DNA of 64,000 bases from a virus (IMGVR_UViG_3300014204_000129:32001-96000), one strand, 5' to 3'. Shown: positions 27,881 through 40,928, numbered from the stretch's first letter. The notes: generated from the sequence alone by a model not told the origin. Translations and numbers: made by a program.

Positions 27881-28218
27881 TATGTAGCATCTCCATAACC
27901 AGCTGTAAAGTCGGGGTTAGTAGTAGCTGCGGCTCCCCCCATGACTGCTGTAATACTCTTAGTGGTAGTATCCAGCACTATAACCGACCCATCATCACCC
28001 CACTGCCAGGTATCACCAACCTCTAGTGTGCCTGACCATATAATCCTAGTAGAGGCATTATTAACATACCGCACAGTTACTACTACATCAGCAGTATCTA
28101 CATTACATATTGTTATAGAGCGTACCAATCGTCTTGCACTTGCGCCGGGTGCGGCTACTATTGTTACTGCCGCTGCTCCGTTTAGTGCACCATCATTAGC
28201 CCCTTCTGTAAAAGCCAT
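27880..28218 (-). CDS. small fibre adaptor protein
   Basis: beta-rich 112 aa protein between fibre genes. Confidence 0.6.
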   Translation of the reverse strand: MAFTEGANDGALNGAAAVTIVAAPGASARRLVRSITICNVDTADVVVTVRYVNNASTRIIWSGTLEVGDTWQWGDDGSVIVLDTTTKSITAVMGGAAATTNPDFTAGYGDAT

Positions 28219-28237
28219 TACAAACTCCAGTATATAT

Positions 28238-30367
<2,130 letters not shown>

Positions 30368-33300
30368 TTACATACCCCACAGCAATTTTTCCCACTCATT
30401 ACAAACATCGGACCAGTCTACACGAGCTGACTTAATATACTCAAGACAAGCATTTCTATATATATCTATATTATACCACATCTCTTTTGTATATTGAACA
30501 AAATTATGTATGTATAATTTATTTCTTGGGTCTGAGCCTGCAAAATTATTTCCAGAAGCACACAGTGTTTCAGGCAGGGCGCCAAGATTAGAGGTAATCA
30601 TAGGTACGCCTGAAGCCTGCATCTCCAACCCGGTTAGGCAATTATGGACTGCTACAAAATTAGATGTATAAGAATGGTCTTGCTCTACCCCAAGATTATA
30701 GACTTTTCCTGTATAATGAGATAGTTTTACTTCCTTTACTTTCATATAAATATTTCCATTATATTCTAATACTACAGTATTTCCAGATTTGGGGGCATCT
30801 CCACCAAAAATATTATAACAATATTTTTTTCTAAATCCAATAACATGATATGGTCTACCGTTTTTATGGGATACTAAGTGATATGGGTAAACACCTATAG
30901 ATTCTAATAATATTATAATATTGAGCGCTCCTGTCTCGGAAGCAATTTCTAATAAGGCACCTGACTCTCGTATATGACCATCTCCATTAAATACCCCCCT
31001 TATAAAAGCTTTTATAAAATCCGAACTTTGCTTATAAATAAATAATGGTATAGTCTTATGACGAGCAGTGTGAAAGAACTGCGCTTTTAACCAGGTTCCA
31101 AATACAAAACTAGAAAGGGTAACAGTTCTAGTGTTATTATTAATGCGAACTTGGGAACGTATTCCTAGCCTATGGGCCACAGCCTCTATACGGTCAGAGT
31201 ACGCTTGCTCCTTTTTATGTAGAGCAAACGTTATATTACTACTACAATATGATCCTTCAGCAAAATACATACCCAAGAACCACGCAAATTCTTCGTCTAG
31301 TGTTATAAATCTGGGTATGCCGCCCCCTCGTCCAGAACGAACTCGTATACGCCCATCAGAATATTCTGAATAATTGGAATTTATACTCTGTAAATCTTTT
31401 AATATATCCATTGTTATAGAGACGTGACTTGTAGGGGGCACTGGTAACTGAACATAATCACCGACCGTAATTGTACTAGCACAAGCCCACTCTGGTTCAA
31501 CTAACAAACTATTATTGCTATAACCTTGGCCATATCTATAACCCTTTATACGTTTTACTTGGTCTCCTGTAAGGCGACGTATTGGGTGCTCAGGGGTATA
31601 CATGCCAACCAAACCAGAAGAATTCTGTACCTTTAGAGATACCAATTCCCCATCATAGTCCCTACTCATGATTTTTTCTATAGGCATAAATCTATTATTA
31701 TGTGTAAGTACTTTATCATTTATAGTAAGGGATACTATAGGTTTATTACCTTCTTCTGTAAGTATCATATTATCAGGGTGGCAACAAAAACTTTCCTGGA
31801 AGTTATTGGGATATAAGCACAGTGTAGCATCTGACATTTCAGCATATAGATCCTCTTTCTTTAATCGGCCAGTAAAGTGTACATTATAAGGTGCTGCCTT
31901 AGTTAATATTCTATCTCTATACATTTCTGTCTGTCTACGCCAGCTCTCATCCCCCCAAGTTGATAAACCTTCCCAACCATAGGTAACAGTTAGTTTCAGA
32001 TCTGGTAACTCTTTTATAAGTATTGGCCAGATATCTAATAACTCATCTAGACCCCTATTGGGGTTAGAACTATATATCATCTTATTGGGATCTTTGAGAG
32101 TAGGTCTAAACTGTTCTTTTCTTATCCCTAGATTAATAATTCTAAGATTATTAATAGCATCTCCAAATCTCTCTGCTATAAGAGTACTATGCCAAGTTGA
32201 GGAGCACACTACACGATCAATGCCTGAGAATGTAGTTGGGGCATTAAAGTAGGCATCCTGTAGCCAAATAACCTTCTTAGCAGAAGATTGTAAGCTATCA
32301 AACCATCTAGAGGTTATAATAATATCAGGGTTCATATCCTGAAAACTACTTAGTTTATTATAAGGTATGTAGTTAACATGCTTCCACACACCCTCTTCAT
32401 CACACTTAGAGAATAAGAACACATTATGCCCACGGGCCGCAAGTTCTCTTGATAATTCTATATAAGTAGTCTCAACTCCCCCCACTCCTACCTCATTTAT
32501 CATATTAGGATAGACAGGCTCAGGAGTATCCCCCAATGTCATAAATATGTTCTTTCGTCTAGATGATTGTATCCAAGTAATATTGTTTATTGCAGGAGCA
32601 TCTGGAATATCTTCTACTATATCTCGTGCACACTTTTCTACCTTTGGCGAGTATAGGTGTAACTTATCATAACAGATTAATAATGAAACTTTTATTAATG
32701 TATTATAGTACATTGGATTAACAAAGAGTATATCTGTGGTTGGGAAGGGTAAGTTAACAGCCTGCTCTAGTACATTAATAGCCGCTTCCCAATCCTTCTT
32801 CTTCATAAATATATCAGCCTTTAGTGCGTATGCTTCGGCCATTCTATTATCTATTTCTATAGCACGGTCTACCCACATAAGTGCATTAGTATATTCTCCT
32901 AAGCCTTTCCAGCATGTTGCTATATCATAGGCAGCCTGCCAGCGCTCACCTTTAAATACCCCATTTAAATCTAGGTATTGTTTATAAGCATCAATAGCCT
33001 GTAGGGGTCTACCAAGGTCTTTATAGGTCCTTCCAAGATAGAACCATGCTCTGCCATCTTTAGGGTTACTCTCCAGAAACTTAAGAAGTATTTCTATATA
33101 TTTTAGTGAGCGAAGATTATAACTCTCTGGAGTCCTGTGTGCATGCTCGTGATAGAACTTTATATCAGGGTCTTCTATAGGTGTAGTATTGCCAACAATA
33201 GCTTCATGCACTCCAGGACCGGAGAAGAACCAACACTTATTATTCTTCCATAAGCGGGGTCGGTAATAAGCACAAACAACGGGATCTCCTTCTACAATCA

Positions 33301-33628
33301 GTGCGGACACGCAGTCTACACCTTTCTCAGCCCAATCCCGCAACTTACCCACACCCTCTGTTGCTATCTCATCTGCGTCCATAAATAGGATATAGTCACC
33401 AGTAGCAAGTTTTAGAGCCTCATTCTTAGTAGTGACAAAGTCTACAAAAGGTGTCTCATGGAGCTTTCCATACTCACGTATAATATTCTTAGTGGAGTCG
33501 GTGGAACCTGTATCTACAATGATAAACTCATCCACAGTACTCTTTATGGCAGCTAAACTCTGTCTTAGAATCTTCTCCTCATCTTTAACTATCATAACTA
33601 ATGATATTGTTGCCATTAAACTTTCCAC
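30368..33628 (-). CDS. GT2 + TPR + GT4-like glycosyltransferase, intein-containing
   Basis: MIVKDEE, VDTGSTD, DADE; TPR AWFYLG; GGVET, SSNPNRGL; ExxxxxxxE restored after splicing. Confidence 0.9.
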   Translation of the reverse strand: MESLMATISLVMIVKDEEKILRQSLAAIKSTVDEFIIVDTGSTDSTKNIIREYGKLHETPFVDFVTTKNEALKLATGDYILFMDADEIATEGVGKLRDWAEKGVDCVSALIVEGDPVVCAYYRPRLWKNNKCWFFSGPGVHEAIVGNTTPIEDPDIKFYHEHAHRTPESYNLRSLKYIEILLKFLESNPKDGRAWFYLGRTYKDLGRPLQAIDAYKQYLDLNGVFKGERWQAAYDIATCWKGLGEYTNALMWVDRAIEIDNRMAEAYALKADIFMKKKDWEAAINVLEQAVNLPFPTTDILFVNPMYYNTLIKVSLLICYDKLHLYSPKVEKCARDIVEDIPDAPAINNITWIQSSRRKNIFMTLGDTPEPVYPNMINEVGVGGVETTYIELSRELAARGHNVFLFSKCDEEGVWKHVNYIPYNKLSSFQDMNPDIIITSRWFDSLQSSAKKVIWLQDAYFNAPTTFSGIDRVVCSSTWHSTLIAERFGDAINNLRIINLGIRKEQFRPTLKDPNKMIYSSNPNRGLDELLDIWPILIKELPDLKLTVTYGWEGLSTWGDESWRRQTEMYRDRILTKAAPYNVHFTGRLKKEDLYAEMSDATLCLYPNNFQESFCCHPDNMILTEEGNKPIVSLTINDKVLTHNNRFMPIEKIMSRDYDGELVSLKVQNSSGLVGMYTPEHPIRRLTGDQVKRIKGYRYGQGYSNNSLLVEPEWACASTITVGDYVQLPVPPTSHVSITMDILKDLQSINSNYSEYSDGRIRVRSGRGGGIPRFITLDEEFAWFLGMYFAEGSYCSSNITFALHKKEQAYSDRIEAVAHRLGIRSQVRINNNTRTVTLSSFVFGTWLKAQFFHTARHKTIPLFIYKQSSDFIKAFIRGVFNGDGHIRESGALLEIASETGALNIIILLESIGVYPYHLVSHKNGRPYHVIGFRKKYCYNIFGGDAPKSGNTVVLEYNGNIYMKVKEVKLSHYTGKVYNLGVEQDHSYTSNFVAVHNCLTGLEMQASGVPMITSNLGALPETLCASGNNFAGSDPRNKLYIHNFVQYTKEMWYNIDIYRNACLEYIKSARVDWSDVCNEWEKLLWGM
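30470..30482 (-). promoter_or_regulatory. GATGTGNTATAAT motif inside the GT gene, ~100 nt before the collagen gene
   Basis: GATGTGGTATAAT; TTCAAT 17 nt upstream. Confidence 0.5.
30641..31786 (-). mobile_element. intein with LAGLIDADG homing endonuclease (382 aa) in the glycosyltransferase
   Basis: ESF|CCHPD...TPEHP...LGMYFAEGS...IRGVFNGDG...VYNL.V...VHN|CLTGLE. Confidence 0.92.
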
Positions 33629-34893
33629 TCTAAGACATTATTATCATACTGCGCGACATCAAAGTAGAACTGGCCATACTTACCCATAAGATACTTATTA
33701 GTAACTTCAATAATACTATCATTTACTTTAGTATCTTTCTTAGTATGGTACACAACGTGAGGAACTATGCCAATCCTATAGCCACGCTTACGTATCTCAA
33801 CTGAGTAAGAGGTATCTACTGCGGTATTGCCATCAGGGAGAGCCTGGTCAGGGACTATGTCACCAACGAGGGTGCTGTCTACTAATATAAAGTAACCTGT
33901 GGCCCACTTAGTCTCTCGTAACTGTAGTCCACTTACGTTATAGCCATTCTTTATCCAATCAGGATCAAAGGTAGAATAGACATGCGCTGCTGCCCACTTA
34001 TTTTGTATAAGGGCTTTTATAGCATCCTTTATAGTATCTTTGTGTAAGAATTGTATATCATCATCAAGGAATATCCAGTATCGTTTGTTCGTAGCTAAGA
34101 AGTCTTGCCTAAGTAGTTCCATATTAATATTTATAGGGCCATCATTTACTTTAACAATAAATGGTACATTAGATAGATACTTCTTTACTGAGTCTAATAG
34201 TGTTGGTAGATATGTAGTACGATTGGTAAATGTACCCATTACTACATCATCAGTAAAGCACGCCCCTACGTCGGGCAGGGGCTTCCTTGCAAATACAAAC
34301 GCCGATGGTGTGCCATACCCATCATAATTATAACTATCAATAATCTCATATCCTATATTAACAAGAAGATCTGTCAATGACTTTAATGTGTGCCCTGACA
34401 TATGAACCTGCCCCAGTTCAAAAGGTTCATCCTCAGTAGGATTAATTACCTGATCACTCATCTGGCAACCATATATAGTATATATAGCTTTAGTCCACTG
34501 GTCGCCCTCAGTACTCTCTAGGAACCATTTCATACAGAGCTCTATATCTGGAACACCAAGCTCTAATGTTCCCCCTGGAGCCAGAATATCGAACCAATGC
34601 CTAAGTGTTCTTTCTATACTACGCTGAGGCAGATGCTCCAGACCGTGCTGTGCTATAATCTCATCCATAGAGTCGTGTGGATAAGGCAGATTTCGCATAT
34701 CACATAGTAGATCTGCTTTATCACACGCTATATCAATATTGATATAATTATCTAGGTGTACACTGCCGCAGCACAGGTGTAGTCTACGTTCACGGTTTCC
34801 TGGTTTAAACCACTTTTCACGTTGCCAGGCCACAAGTTTATTTCTATTCTCTAACAACTCATTCGTTATATACATACCACACTCCTGTATCAA
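33616..34893 (-). CDS. class I SAM methyltransferase + GT2-like glycosyltransferase fusion
   Basis: LHLCCG..YINID, H.LEHL, L.PGG.L..VPD; C-terminal FLDDDI. Confidence 0.85.
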   Translation of the reverse strand: MIQECGMYITNELLENRNKLVAWQREKWFKPGNRERRLHLCCGSVHLDNYINIDIACDKADLLCDMRNLPYPHDSMDEIIAQHGLEHLPQRSIERTLRHWFDILAPGGTLELGVPDIELCMKWFLESTEGDQWTKAIYTIYGCQMSDQVINPTEDEPFELGQVHMSGHTLKSLTDLLVNIGYEIIDSYNYDGYGTPSAFVFARKPLPDVGACFTDDVVMGTFTNRTTYLPTLLDSVKKYLSNVPFIVKVNDGPININMELLRQDFLATNKRYWIFLDDDIQFLHKDTIKDAIKALIQNKWAAAHVYSTFDPDWIKNGYNVSGLQLRETKWATGYFILVDSTLVGDIVPDQALPDGNTAVDTSYSVEIRKRGYRIGIVPHVVYHTKKDTKVNDSIIEVTNKYLMGKYGQFYFDVAQYDNNVLEWKV

Positions 34894-34904
34894 TTATATG
34901 CTAT

Positions 34905-35264
34905 TTATACAGAAGTGTCAACCCACAATAAGCCTGAGTAAGTCACTGTCGGTTCTGTATCACTTACTACCACAGCTTCTCCCCAGTAAATATCTCCAGT
35001 CCCGTCTGCCTGTACAAACTTACCCAAAGTCTCACTATCACTATCTATAGTAGAATTAGGAAACTTGCTACTTGAGTCAAGCGCTACTAGTGTATTAGGG
35101 AGTGGTGTATCACTTGCATGTATATTATCAAGAGTGTCTGCGTTGGTTTCGGGAATAGCAGGGGTGCTTGTTGTTCCACTACCAACATATGTCGATAGTC
35201 CCCCAGCAGCTTTAGTACCTAGTAACTTTCTAAGGTCTCTTTTATTTATATATTCTTTCTTCAT
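34905..35264 (-). CDS. tail fibre attachment/linker protein
   Basis: NADTLD.IHA fibre motif; ends SDTEPT..SGLLWVDTSV. Confidence 0.65.
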   Translation of the reverse strand: MKKEYINKRDLRKLLGTKAAGGLSTYVGSGTTSTPAIPETNADTLDNIHASDTPLPNTLVALDSSSKFPNSTIDSDSETLGKFVQADGTGDIYWGEAVVVSDTEPTVTYSGLLWVDTSV

Positions 35265-35276
35265 AAATCATATTCC

Positions 35277-36884
35277 CTAGAGTGCATAATCTTCATATGC
35301 AACTAATACTCCGCGGACATTATATTCCAGTCCGTAAGCCATCCACTTTATAGTATTCAGGTCTAGAGCTTGCAGCACGCTAACCTTATATGCGTCTATA
35401 TCATATATAGTGCCTTCTAGGTTAGGATTAATAAGCTCCTTTACGTCCTGTAGTGCTACAGAATAAGTAGGCACCCAGCTACCGTCCGCAGCATATATTC
35501 CTGTACGAGATTCTAAGGTTCCTTTGCCAACCCAGCGTAGCCAGGGCAGTCTGTGCATAATACCATAACTGGGATTGATATTTATTGTCTTAAGATTACC
35601 AGTATGATCTGTGGCATCACTTGGATATGAAACATTGTCACCGCACAGCCAGGTAACCAGTGGATGCGTATAAGCAGCCCGATAGTCCCCATCATTATCA
35701 GCCATCTCTATAATATCAGAGACTAGAAGATTGAGATCAGTATCTTCTACTTTATCTTTATGAGTCCATAATGGTAATGTTGTGCTGCGACAATCAGCAG
35801 GAAGCTTTCTTATATAAGCCTCAAAGACTGATACACTAATCCCAGCCACAGTACCCAAGTCTATTCTATAAGTATGAAATTTTGTTAGTGCTTCTGTACC
35901 GTAACCACCAGTTCCTATTAAGGATAAATCAAAAGTATATAATGTGGTACCTATGGTGTCAATACGGGGCAGTTCTACAGGAGTAAATACATCACCACCA
36001 GGTAAGTCTCCAGGGGTATCAGCACCACCGAAACCGCCCCCCCATTCTCCATGATGATCAAAAGACTTTAATTTTACTTCTAGATAGTTACCCTCTAAGT
36101 CAGTCTCATTTATACGTATACCTAAGTACAACTCTCCCCAACCTCTATAAGTAAAAGCCAGGCTATCTAGAATTGCAAATGCACCACCTTGAGTATGCTC
36201 TAATCTCTGTGTATAAGATGGTGTATCATTATGACATATCTTGTTATATACAAAGTCCTGTGCAGCAATAAGTTTATTGAAGTCAGCAGCAACTGGTGTG
36301 ACCTCACCATCGAATACGCTGGGTTCCACATATGCAGGTAGCCCTACCCAACCATCCATAAATGCGTAGAAGATCTGCAAGTCACCGCCAGTTGTGCCAT
36401 TAGGGGGCTTGCTTAGACGCCTAAACCTAACCATAATCAAACTATTCTGTAACGCGTAAGTACTTAGATCATAAATATTATATTGAGTATTGTTAAAGAA
36501 CCTGGGATTTGGGTCAGTAGTTTCTGTTATAGTCTCAGTGTCCAAAACTAACCATTTGTATGTGCTATCAAGTGGGTCCATTGCCCATATCTGGAGTTCC
36601 ATAACAGTGCTCCAGGTTTCCTCACTACAACTTCCAGACCAATAAGCACTAATATGAAGATTAGGGTGCTCGGCACGGTAGGTGGTGGCTCCTATCCAAC
36701 AGACACTTGAATCCCCAATAGGCACCTGTGTGCCTACTCCTCCTATAAGCTTTTGTTTGAACATACTATACACAAACAATGACTGCCCGTATAACCACTG
36801 ATTGCGTGCAGTAAGGATGTTTAGTCCAGTTTTAGCACCAAGTGTTTGCCCATCTATTACAGGTTTAAAATAAGGATACTCCAT
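35277..36884 (-). CDS. minor tail protein
   Basis: position after the hub; composition. Confidence 0.65.
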   Translation of the reverse strand: MEYPYFKPVIDGQTLGAKTGLNILTARNQWLYGQSLFVYSMFKQKLIGGVGTQVPIGDSSVCWIGATTYRAEHPNLHISAYWSGSCSEETWSTVMELQIWAMDPLDSTYKWLVLDTETITETTDPNPRFFNNTQYNIYDLSTYALQNSLIMVRFRRLSKPPNGTTGGDLQIFYAFMDGWVGLPAYVEPSVFDGEVTPVAADFNKLIAAQDFVYNKICHNDTPSYTQRLEHTQGGAFAILDSLAFTYRGWGELYLGIRINETDLEGNYLEVKLKSFDHHGEWGGGFGGADTPGDLPGGDVFTPVELPRIDTIGTTLYTFDLSLIGTGGYGTEALTKFHTYRIDLGTVAGISVSVFEAYIRKLPADCRSTTLPLWTHKDKVEDTDLNLLVSDIIEMADNDGDYRAAYTHPLVTWLCGDNVSYPSDATDHTGNLKTININPSYGIMHRLPWLRWVGKGTLESRTGIYAADGSWVPTYSVALQDVKELINPNLEGTIYDIDAYKVSVLQALDLNTIKWMAYGLEYNVRGVLVAYEDYAL

Positions 36885-38395
36885 TAATAATATAACTCCC
36901 CTTCTAACGTATGTGCGGTATTCACAAGATGATGATATCCAATAATAAAATAACTATCTGATTCAAAGTAATACCCAGCATCTACAAGTGTTAGAGACAT
37001 ATTATACTTTGGCCCAGCATAAGTTATTCCAATAACATAGAATGCATGTGCGGATAGATTAGCATTCACAGAAGTAACAAGTACTGTATCACCGACTTGC
37101 AACAATGGGTTAGGTTTAACACCAGATGCTGTTGCTTGTATACAAGGGTCTCCTTCAAACCTATCCCGCATCAGAGCAGCTAGTGACTCCGCCTGTTCGG
37201 GTGTCTGAATATAGGGGTTACCAGTGAGTCTGTATACTCTAGCGTGACTAGTAGGATCCTCTTCTACATACTCTACATCAGGCGCCCCCACTAGCACACG
37301 TGCACTAACGGTAAATTTACTTAAGTATGCATCCTCTATAGTATTTGTATTCTCTATATTTACATTCCAGTGTTCAGCGTGTAAATGAAGTCCCCAGTCA
37401 GCTATTGGATCAGGGGCAGTTAACCCATTGTAGGTTATATAGGCAGAACCTTTGAGATCTGTACCAAAGCCATTTGTTATGATATAATCCACCGAATGCT
37501 TATCATAAGCAGGGTCAGAAAATCTAACAACAAAGCTCTTTGTAGTACCTGCGGGTATAACAATAGTATGACTTAATTCATAGATATCACATAAGGACCC
37601 TATATATCTTGGTTGGTAACTTACAATAAAATCATCATACTGATTCTTATCAGAAGATACTATATTAAAATCAGTAAAGGTGTTTTGGTCGGTTATAGTC
37701 CAAGGTAGAGAGCTCTCCCACTCTGTCCCTGCGATATAAGTAGGACTGATCCAATATGCTGGTGCCCAGTAATGTACGGTATTACTCTCATCAATATATA
37801 CAAGACCACCCTCACTTTGTGCGGCTTGTATCATTTGATCAAGGAGAGGTTCATCATCAAGCCATAGCCAAGGTATAGTTGTTGGGCTATAACCATGTGT
37901 AATAAAGCTCATTCCAGCAGCGGTTGCAAGAAGTTCTATCCACTGATCAACTCTATAATTCTCATATATAACTGTACTATAACGCTTTTGTAGTAGGGAA
38001 GACCCGCCAAAGTCCCTACATTTTACAGATATGCTCATATCCTTATCATTCTCTGTAAAGGACTTCACTTGCCCCTCAAACACTTCAACTACCACATCCG
38101 CGCCGAGAGCATCTATAAAGCCCAGTTCCATCTTAACATTAGCGTCATATAATATATATGTACCATAGTAACTATAGGCTCCTCCAACATTTGAGATATC
38201 AAAAGATAACTCTGTAGAAGTGTCATCTCCAATAGATACTAGGGGGGTGCTTAAGCTAGTAAGGGTACTGTTATACTTAACTTTACTAACTGTGGTCTTT
38301 ATATAGCCAGACCCTGTGTCTATGTATATCTTTGCTTTAGGCTTAAAATGTTGCCCATTAACTATACTAATCATTCCACCAGGATCAGTACGCAT
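36884..38395 (-). CDS. baseplate hub/Tal-like tail tip protein
   Basis: VFEGQV, GG.VYIDE, NPYIQT, NPLLQVGD.V. Confidence 0.75.
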   Translation of the reverse strand: MRTDPGGMISIVNGQHFKPKAKIYIDTGSGYIKTTVSKVKYNSTLTSLSTPLVSIGDDTSTELSFDISNVGGAYSYYGTYILYDANVKMELGFIDALGADVVVEVFEGQVKSFTENDKDMSISVKCRDFGGSSLLQKRYSTVIYENYRVDQWIELLATAAGMSFITHGYSPTTIPWLWLDDEPLLDQMIQAAQSEGGLVYIDESNTVHYWAPAYWISPTYIAGTEWESSLPWTITDQNTFTDFNIVSSDKNQYDDFIVSYQPRYIGSLCDIYELSHTIVIPAGTTKSFVVRFSDPAYDKHSVDYIITNGFGTDLKGSAYITYNGLTAPDPIADWGLHLHAEHWNVNIENTNTIEDAYLSKFTVSARVLVGAPDVEYVEEDPTSHARVYRLTGNPYIQTPEQAESLAALMRDRFEGDPCIQATASGVKPNPLLQVGDTVLVTSVNANLSAHAFYVIGITYAGPKYNMSLTLVDAGYYFESDSYFIIGYHHLVNTAHTLEGELYY

Positions 38396-38814
38396 TACGT
38401 TACCACCAATCTATCAGTTTCAATCTTCATAGTGATTTCATATAAACCTGGAGCATCGTGCTTAGTAGTAGAATTAACACTAACTACTATCCCACTATAC
38501 GTATTTTCATTATATACAATATCTACAGGCATAGTTTGACTATAGGCACTAAGTAGAGCATTCCTAGCAGTAGTACCTATAACAACAAAGTCATAAGTAT
38601 ATTCTATCCAATAGCTACTTCTACCTGCATTCTCAACAACACCCTCACTAGTAGTTCTAATAGTTCTATTAAGTGGTATACCTTCAGACACTTTTATAGG
38701 ATCAGATAGATTAGTAGCTGTTCCAATATCCATTACTCTTTCACCATATAGTAAACTGTACGAAATATAGCTAGAAGCACCATACTTACGGTAAAAGTAT
38801 CCAATATACACCAC
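38395..38814 (-). CDS. distal tail (Dit)-like protein, stand-alone domain
   Basis: resembles the C-terminal domains of 39411 and 40931; position before the hub. Confidence 0.55.
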   Translation of the reverse strand: MVYIGYFYRKYGASSYISYSLLYGERVMDIGTATNLSDPIKVSEGIPLNRTIRTTSEGVVENAGRSSYWIEYTYDFVVIGTTARNALLSAYSQTMPVDIVYNENTYSGIVVSVNSTTKHDAPGLYEITMKIETDRLVVT

Positions 38815-39005
38815 ACTCCCTCAGGCACATTTACTAGAAAAGTTAATAGTTCTGAGAAAGAGGAGACTGTTATAGAGAGAAATAATAGAATCAGGATGGC
38901 TCTCTCTACACCATCCTTTTTATGAATAAAGATGGCGGTCATCATGGTACCTAGTATTACTATTATAGAAAGCTCTAATGCTCGAATAATATTAAATAAC
39001 TCCAT
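38733..39005 (-). CDS. three-TM membrane protein
   Basis: hydrophobic segments. Confidence 0.6.
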   Translation of the reverse strand: MELFNIIRALELSIIVILGTMMTAIFIHKKDGVERAILILLFLSITVSSFSELLTFLVNVPEGVWCILDTFTVSMVLLAIFRTVYYMVKE

Positions 39006-39177
39006 TAATTCCTCTTTCTAGTTCTCTTTGTACTGTCCGACGGGTATCTGACATATATCGTTGTATTGATAGGAAACTCTTGTCCACTTCTATGTCACAA
39101 AGCTTCTTCTCCCGCACCACCTCGCGTATAATCTTAGTTGTTCTCATATTTAACATTTTCATAATAGCCGTAAGCAT
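38992..39177 (-). CDS. hypothetical protein
   Basis: coupled ORF. Confidence 0.55.
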   Translation of the reverse strand: MLTAIMKMLNMRTTKIIREVVREKKLCDIEVDKSFLSIQRYMSDTRRTVQRELERGINGVI

Positions 39178-39414
39178 TTATTTTTGCCTCTTTAGAGCCT
39201 CACACAGCTCTGACCACTTCTGTAGTAATGTCACAGTGGCCTCAAGCTCATTAAGAGTCTTGATGAGTTCACCTATCTTTGTATTATAATCTTTAGTTAG
39301 CCCTATGATAGTTTTAAGATCTTCTTGATGTTGCTTCCATAGGATAATAATAGCAGCAGAAAGTGAGAGTGCCACAGGAGCGAATAGTTGCCAGTCCTTC
39401 CAGTCTATGCTCAT
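39178..39414 (-). CDS. N-terminal TM + coiled-coil protein (BhlA/UviB holin-like)
   Basis: architecture. Confidence 0.55.
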   Translation of the reverse strand: MSIDWKDWQLFAPVALSLSAAIIILWKQHQEDLKTIIGLTKDYNTKIGELIKTLNELEATVTLLQKWSELCEALKRQK

Positions 39415-40928
39415 TCTACTATCCTAAAACTAATCTCATATAAAAATCCAGAGTCTGAGTATGATAAGAACTTACACTGCCAACCCTCAGTATACCCAGT
39501 AATGGTAGTACCAGAGGGCAACTCTATTACAGAAGTCTTTCCATTACACGCAGATAGATAAACAGACAGTAAGTATTCCATAACCGCTTGTGTGACACAA
39601 CTCCATGTATAATTATAAGTTATCTTACTAATAGTCTCATCATAAACTAATGCTTTGCCGTCCTCGGTACGTTCAGTATCACGCTTACCCACACTTACTT
39701 GTTTTTTAGAAAAGTATGGTAGAGAGTATAATATTTCATCACTGTTTGCATCTACTATGCCCTTTAGATCAATCTGAGGGGAATACCAGTGTTGGTTACT
39801 AGGATAAACATATCCTACTCCACCCCAATTCATGTATAAGCAGTATTCCTTAGTAACAACTGGCCAAGTAAGAGATACAGTTTTCACCAACTCGTAGTCT
39901 AGATATAGATAAAGAGTGGAATTCTCATAATCTACCATTATTGATACATTCTGCCAAGTTTGTGGCCTATCCCAAGTATAAGCCGCATTACTGTCATACA
40001 TCGGTGTGCCATAAGTAGAACTATAATCTATATAAAGCTTATCTGTAGTATGGTTATAAGCAACTATTAATGGGTGGTAATATGTACTTGGTATAGAATT
40101 ATGCTCTAGTTCTATCTCAAACACTGTATTATCTCTATTATAACTATTTATCATTCTAATATCAAATGATATAATCTGCTGATAGTTTATAGGTAATGTT
40201 TTTGATAGTACAGACTCTTCGGTAAAGTGTATATAATTATCATAGAGTTCAGGTTTAGTAACATATGTTCCAAAAGAAGTTGAGTAGTACTTATACCAAC
40301 TAGTAGTAAGAAATGATGCTGTAAAGGGTTCATAGTCTTGGCCGGTACTAGTTACATGATCATCTATTGTTAGACTATCCACATAGAAATCTACATTGGT
40401 ATTATAGCTCCAAACATTGAACCAGAACTCATCCTCCCAATATGGTATATATTCTTCATATAGTCTTTGATTGCCTATTACAAGCACATCGTCTACCCAT
40501 AAAGAATATGTACCTAATGATATCTTATCTAGTTCAAATCTAAACTCTTGCCAGGATGTTGGACGGCTCTCTGACCATAAAACAGTACCATACTCATCTT
40601 CTATAAATAGCTCATCTGTGGTTGCATTATATTCTAACCCTGTATTCCAAGCCGCAAGAGTAAAAAGCATATAATCATCAGCAGTAGCTGAGTCCATCTT
40701 AAGATAAAACTCTATAGTAAATATTGCATACCAGTGTGGGTACCAATAGCCAAGCAGTGGTTGGAGGCCATCACTGCCTGTACTATAGAAGTGCCCACAG
40801 TTACCAGATACCCCCCCACCTACTATAGAGAAATCCTCTGCGGTGCCGTTTGGGCTGTACTGAGTATCTATATCACCTACAGTTGTCTCAAACTCTGTAT
40901 CTAAGTTAATATGATATGGTGAGAGCAT
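39411..40928 (-). CDS. tail protein: two lectin-like beta-sandwich domains + Dit-like C-terminus
   Basis: two WxRPxxWQ units; RDTERTEDGKALVYD. Confidence 0.65.
   Translation of the reverse strand: MLSPYHINLDTEFETTVGDIDTQYSPNGTAEDFSIVGGGVSGNCGHFYSTGSDGLQPLLGYWYPHWYAIFTIEFYLKMDSATADDYMLFTLAAWNTGLEYNATTDELFIEDEYGTVLWSESRPTSWQEFRFELDKISLGTYSLWVDDVLVIGNQRLYEEYIPYWEDEFWFNVWSYNTNVDFYVDSLTIDDHVTSTGQDYEPFTASFLTTSWYKYYSTSFGTYVTKPELYDNYIHFTEESVLSKTLPINYQQIISFDIRMINSYNRDNTVFEIELEHNSIPSTYYHPLIVAYNHTTDKLYIDYSSTYGTPMYDSNAAYTWDRPQTWQNVSIMVDYENSTLYLYLDYELVKTVSLTWPVVTKEYCLYMNWGGVGYVYPSNQHWYSPQIDLKGIVDANSDEILYSLPYFSKKQVSVGKRDTERTEDGKALVYDETISKITYNYTWSCVTQAVMEYLLSVYLSACNGKTSVIELPSGTTITGYTEGWQCKFLSYSDSGFLYEISFRIVE

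Noticed and set aside
30368-34893. GT cassette as an intron or transposon
   Set aside because: No group I/II core, terminal repeats, target duplication or transposase recognised
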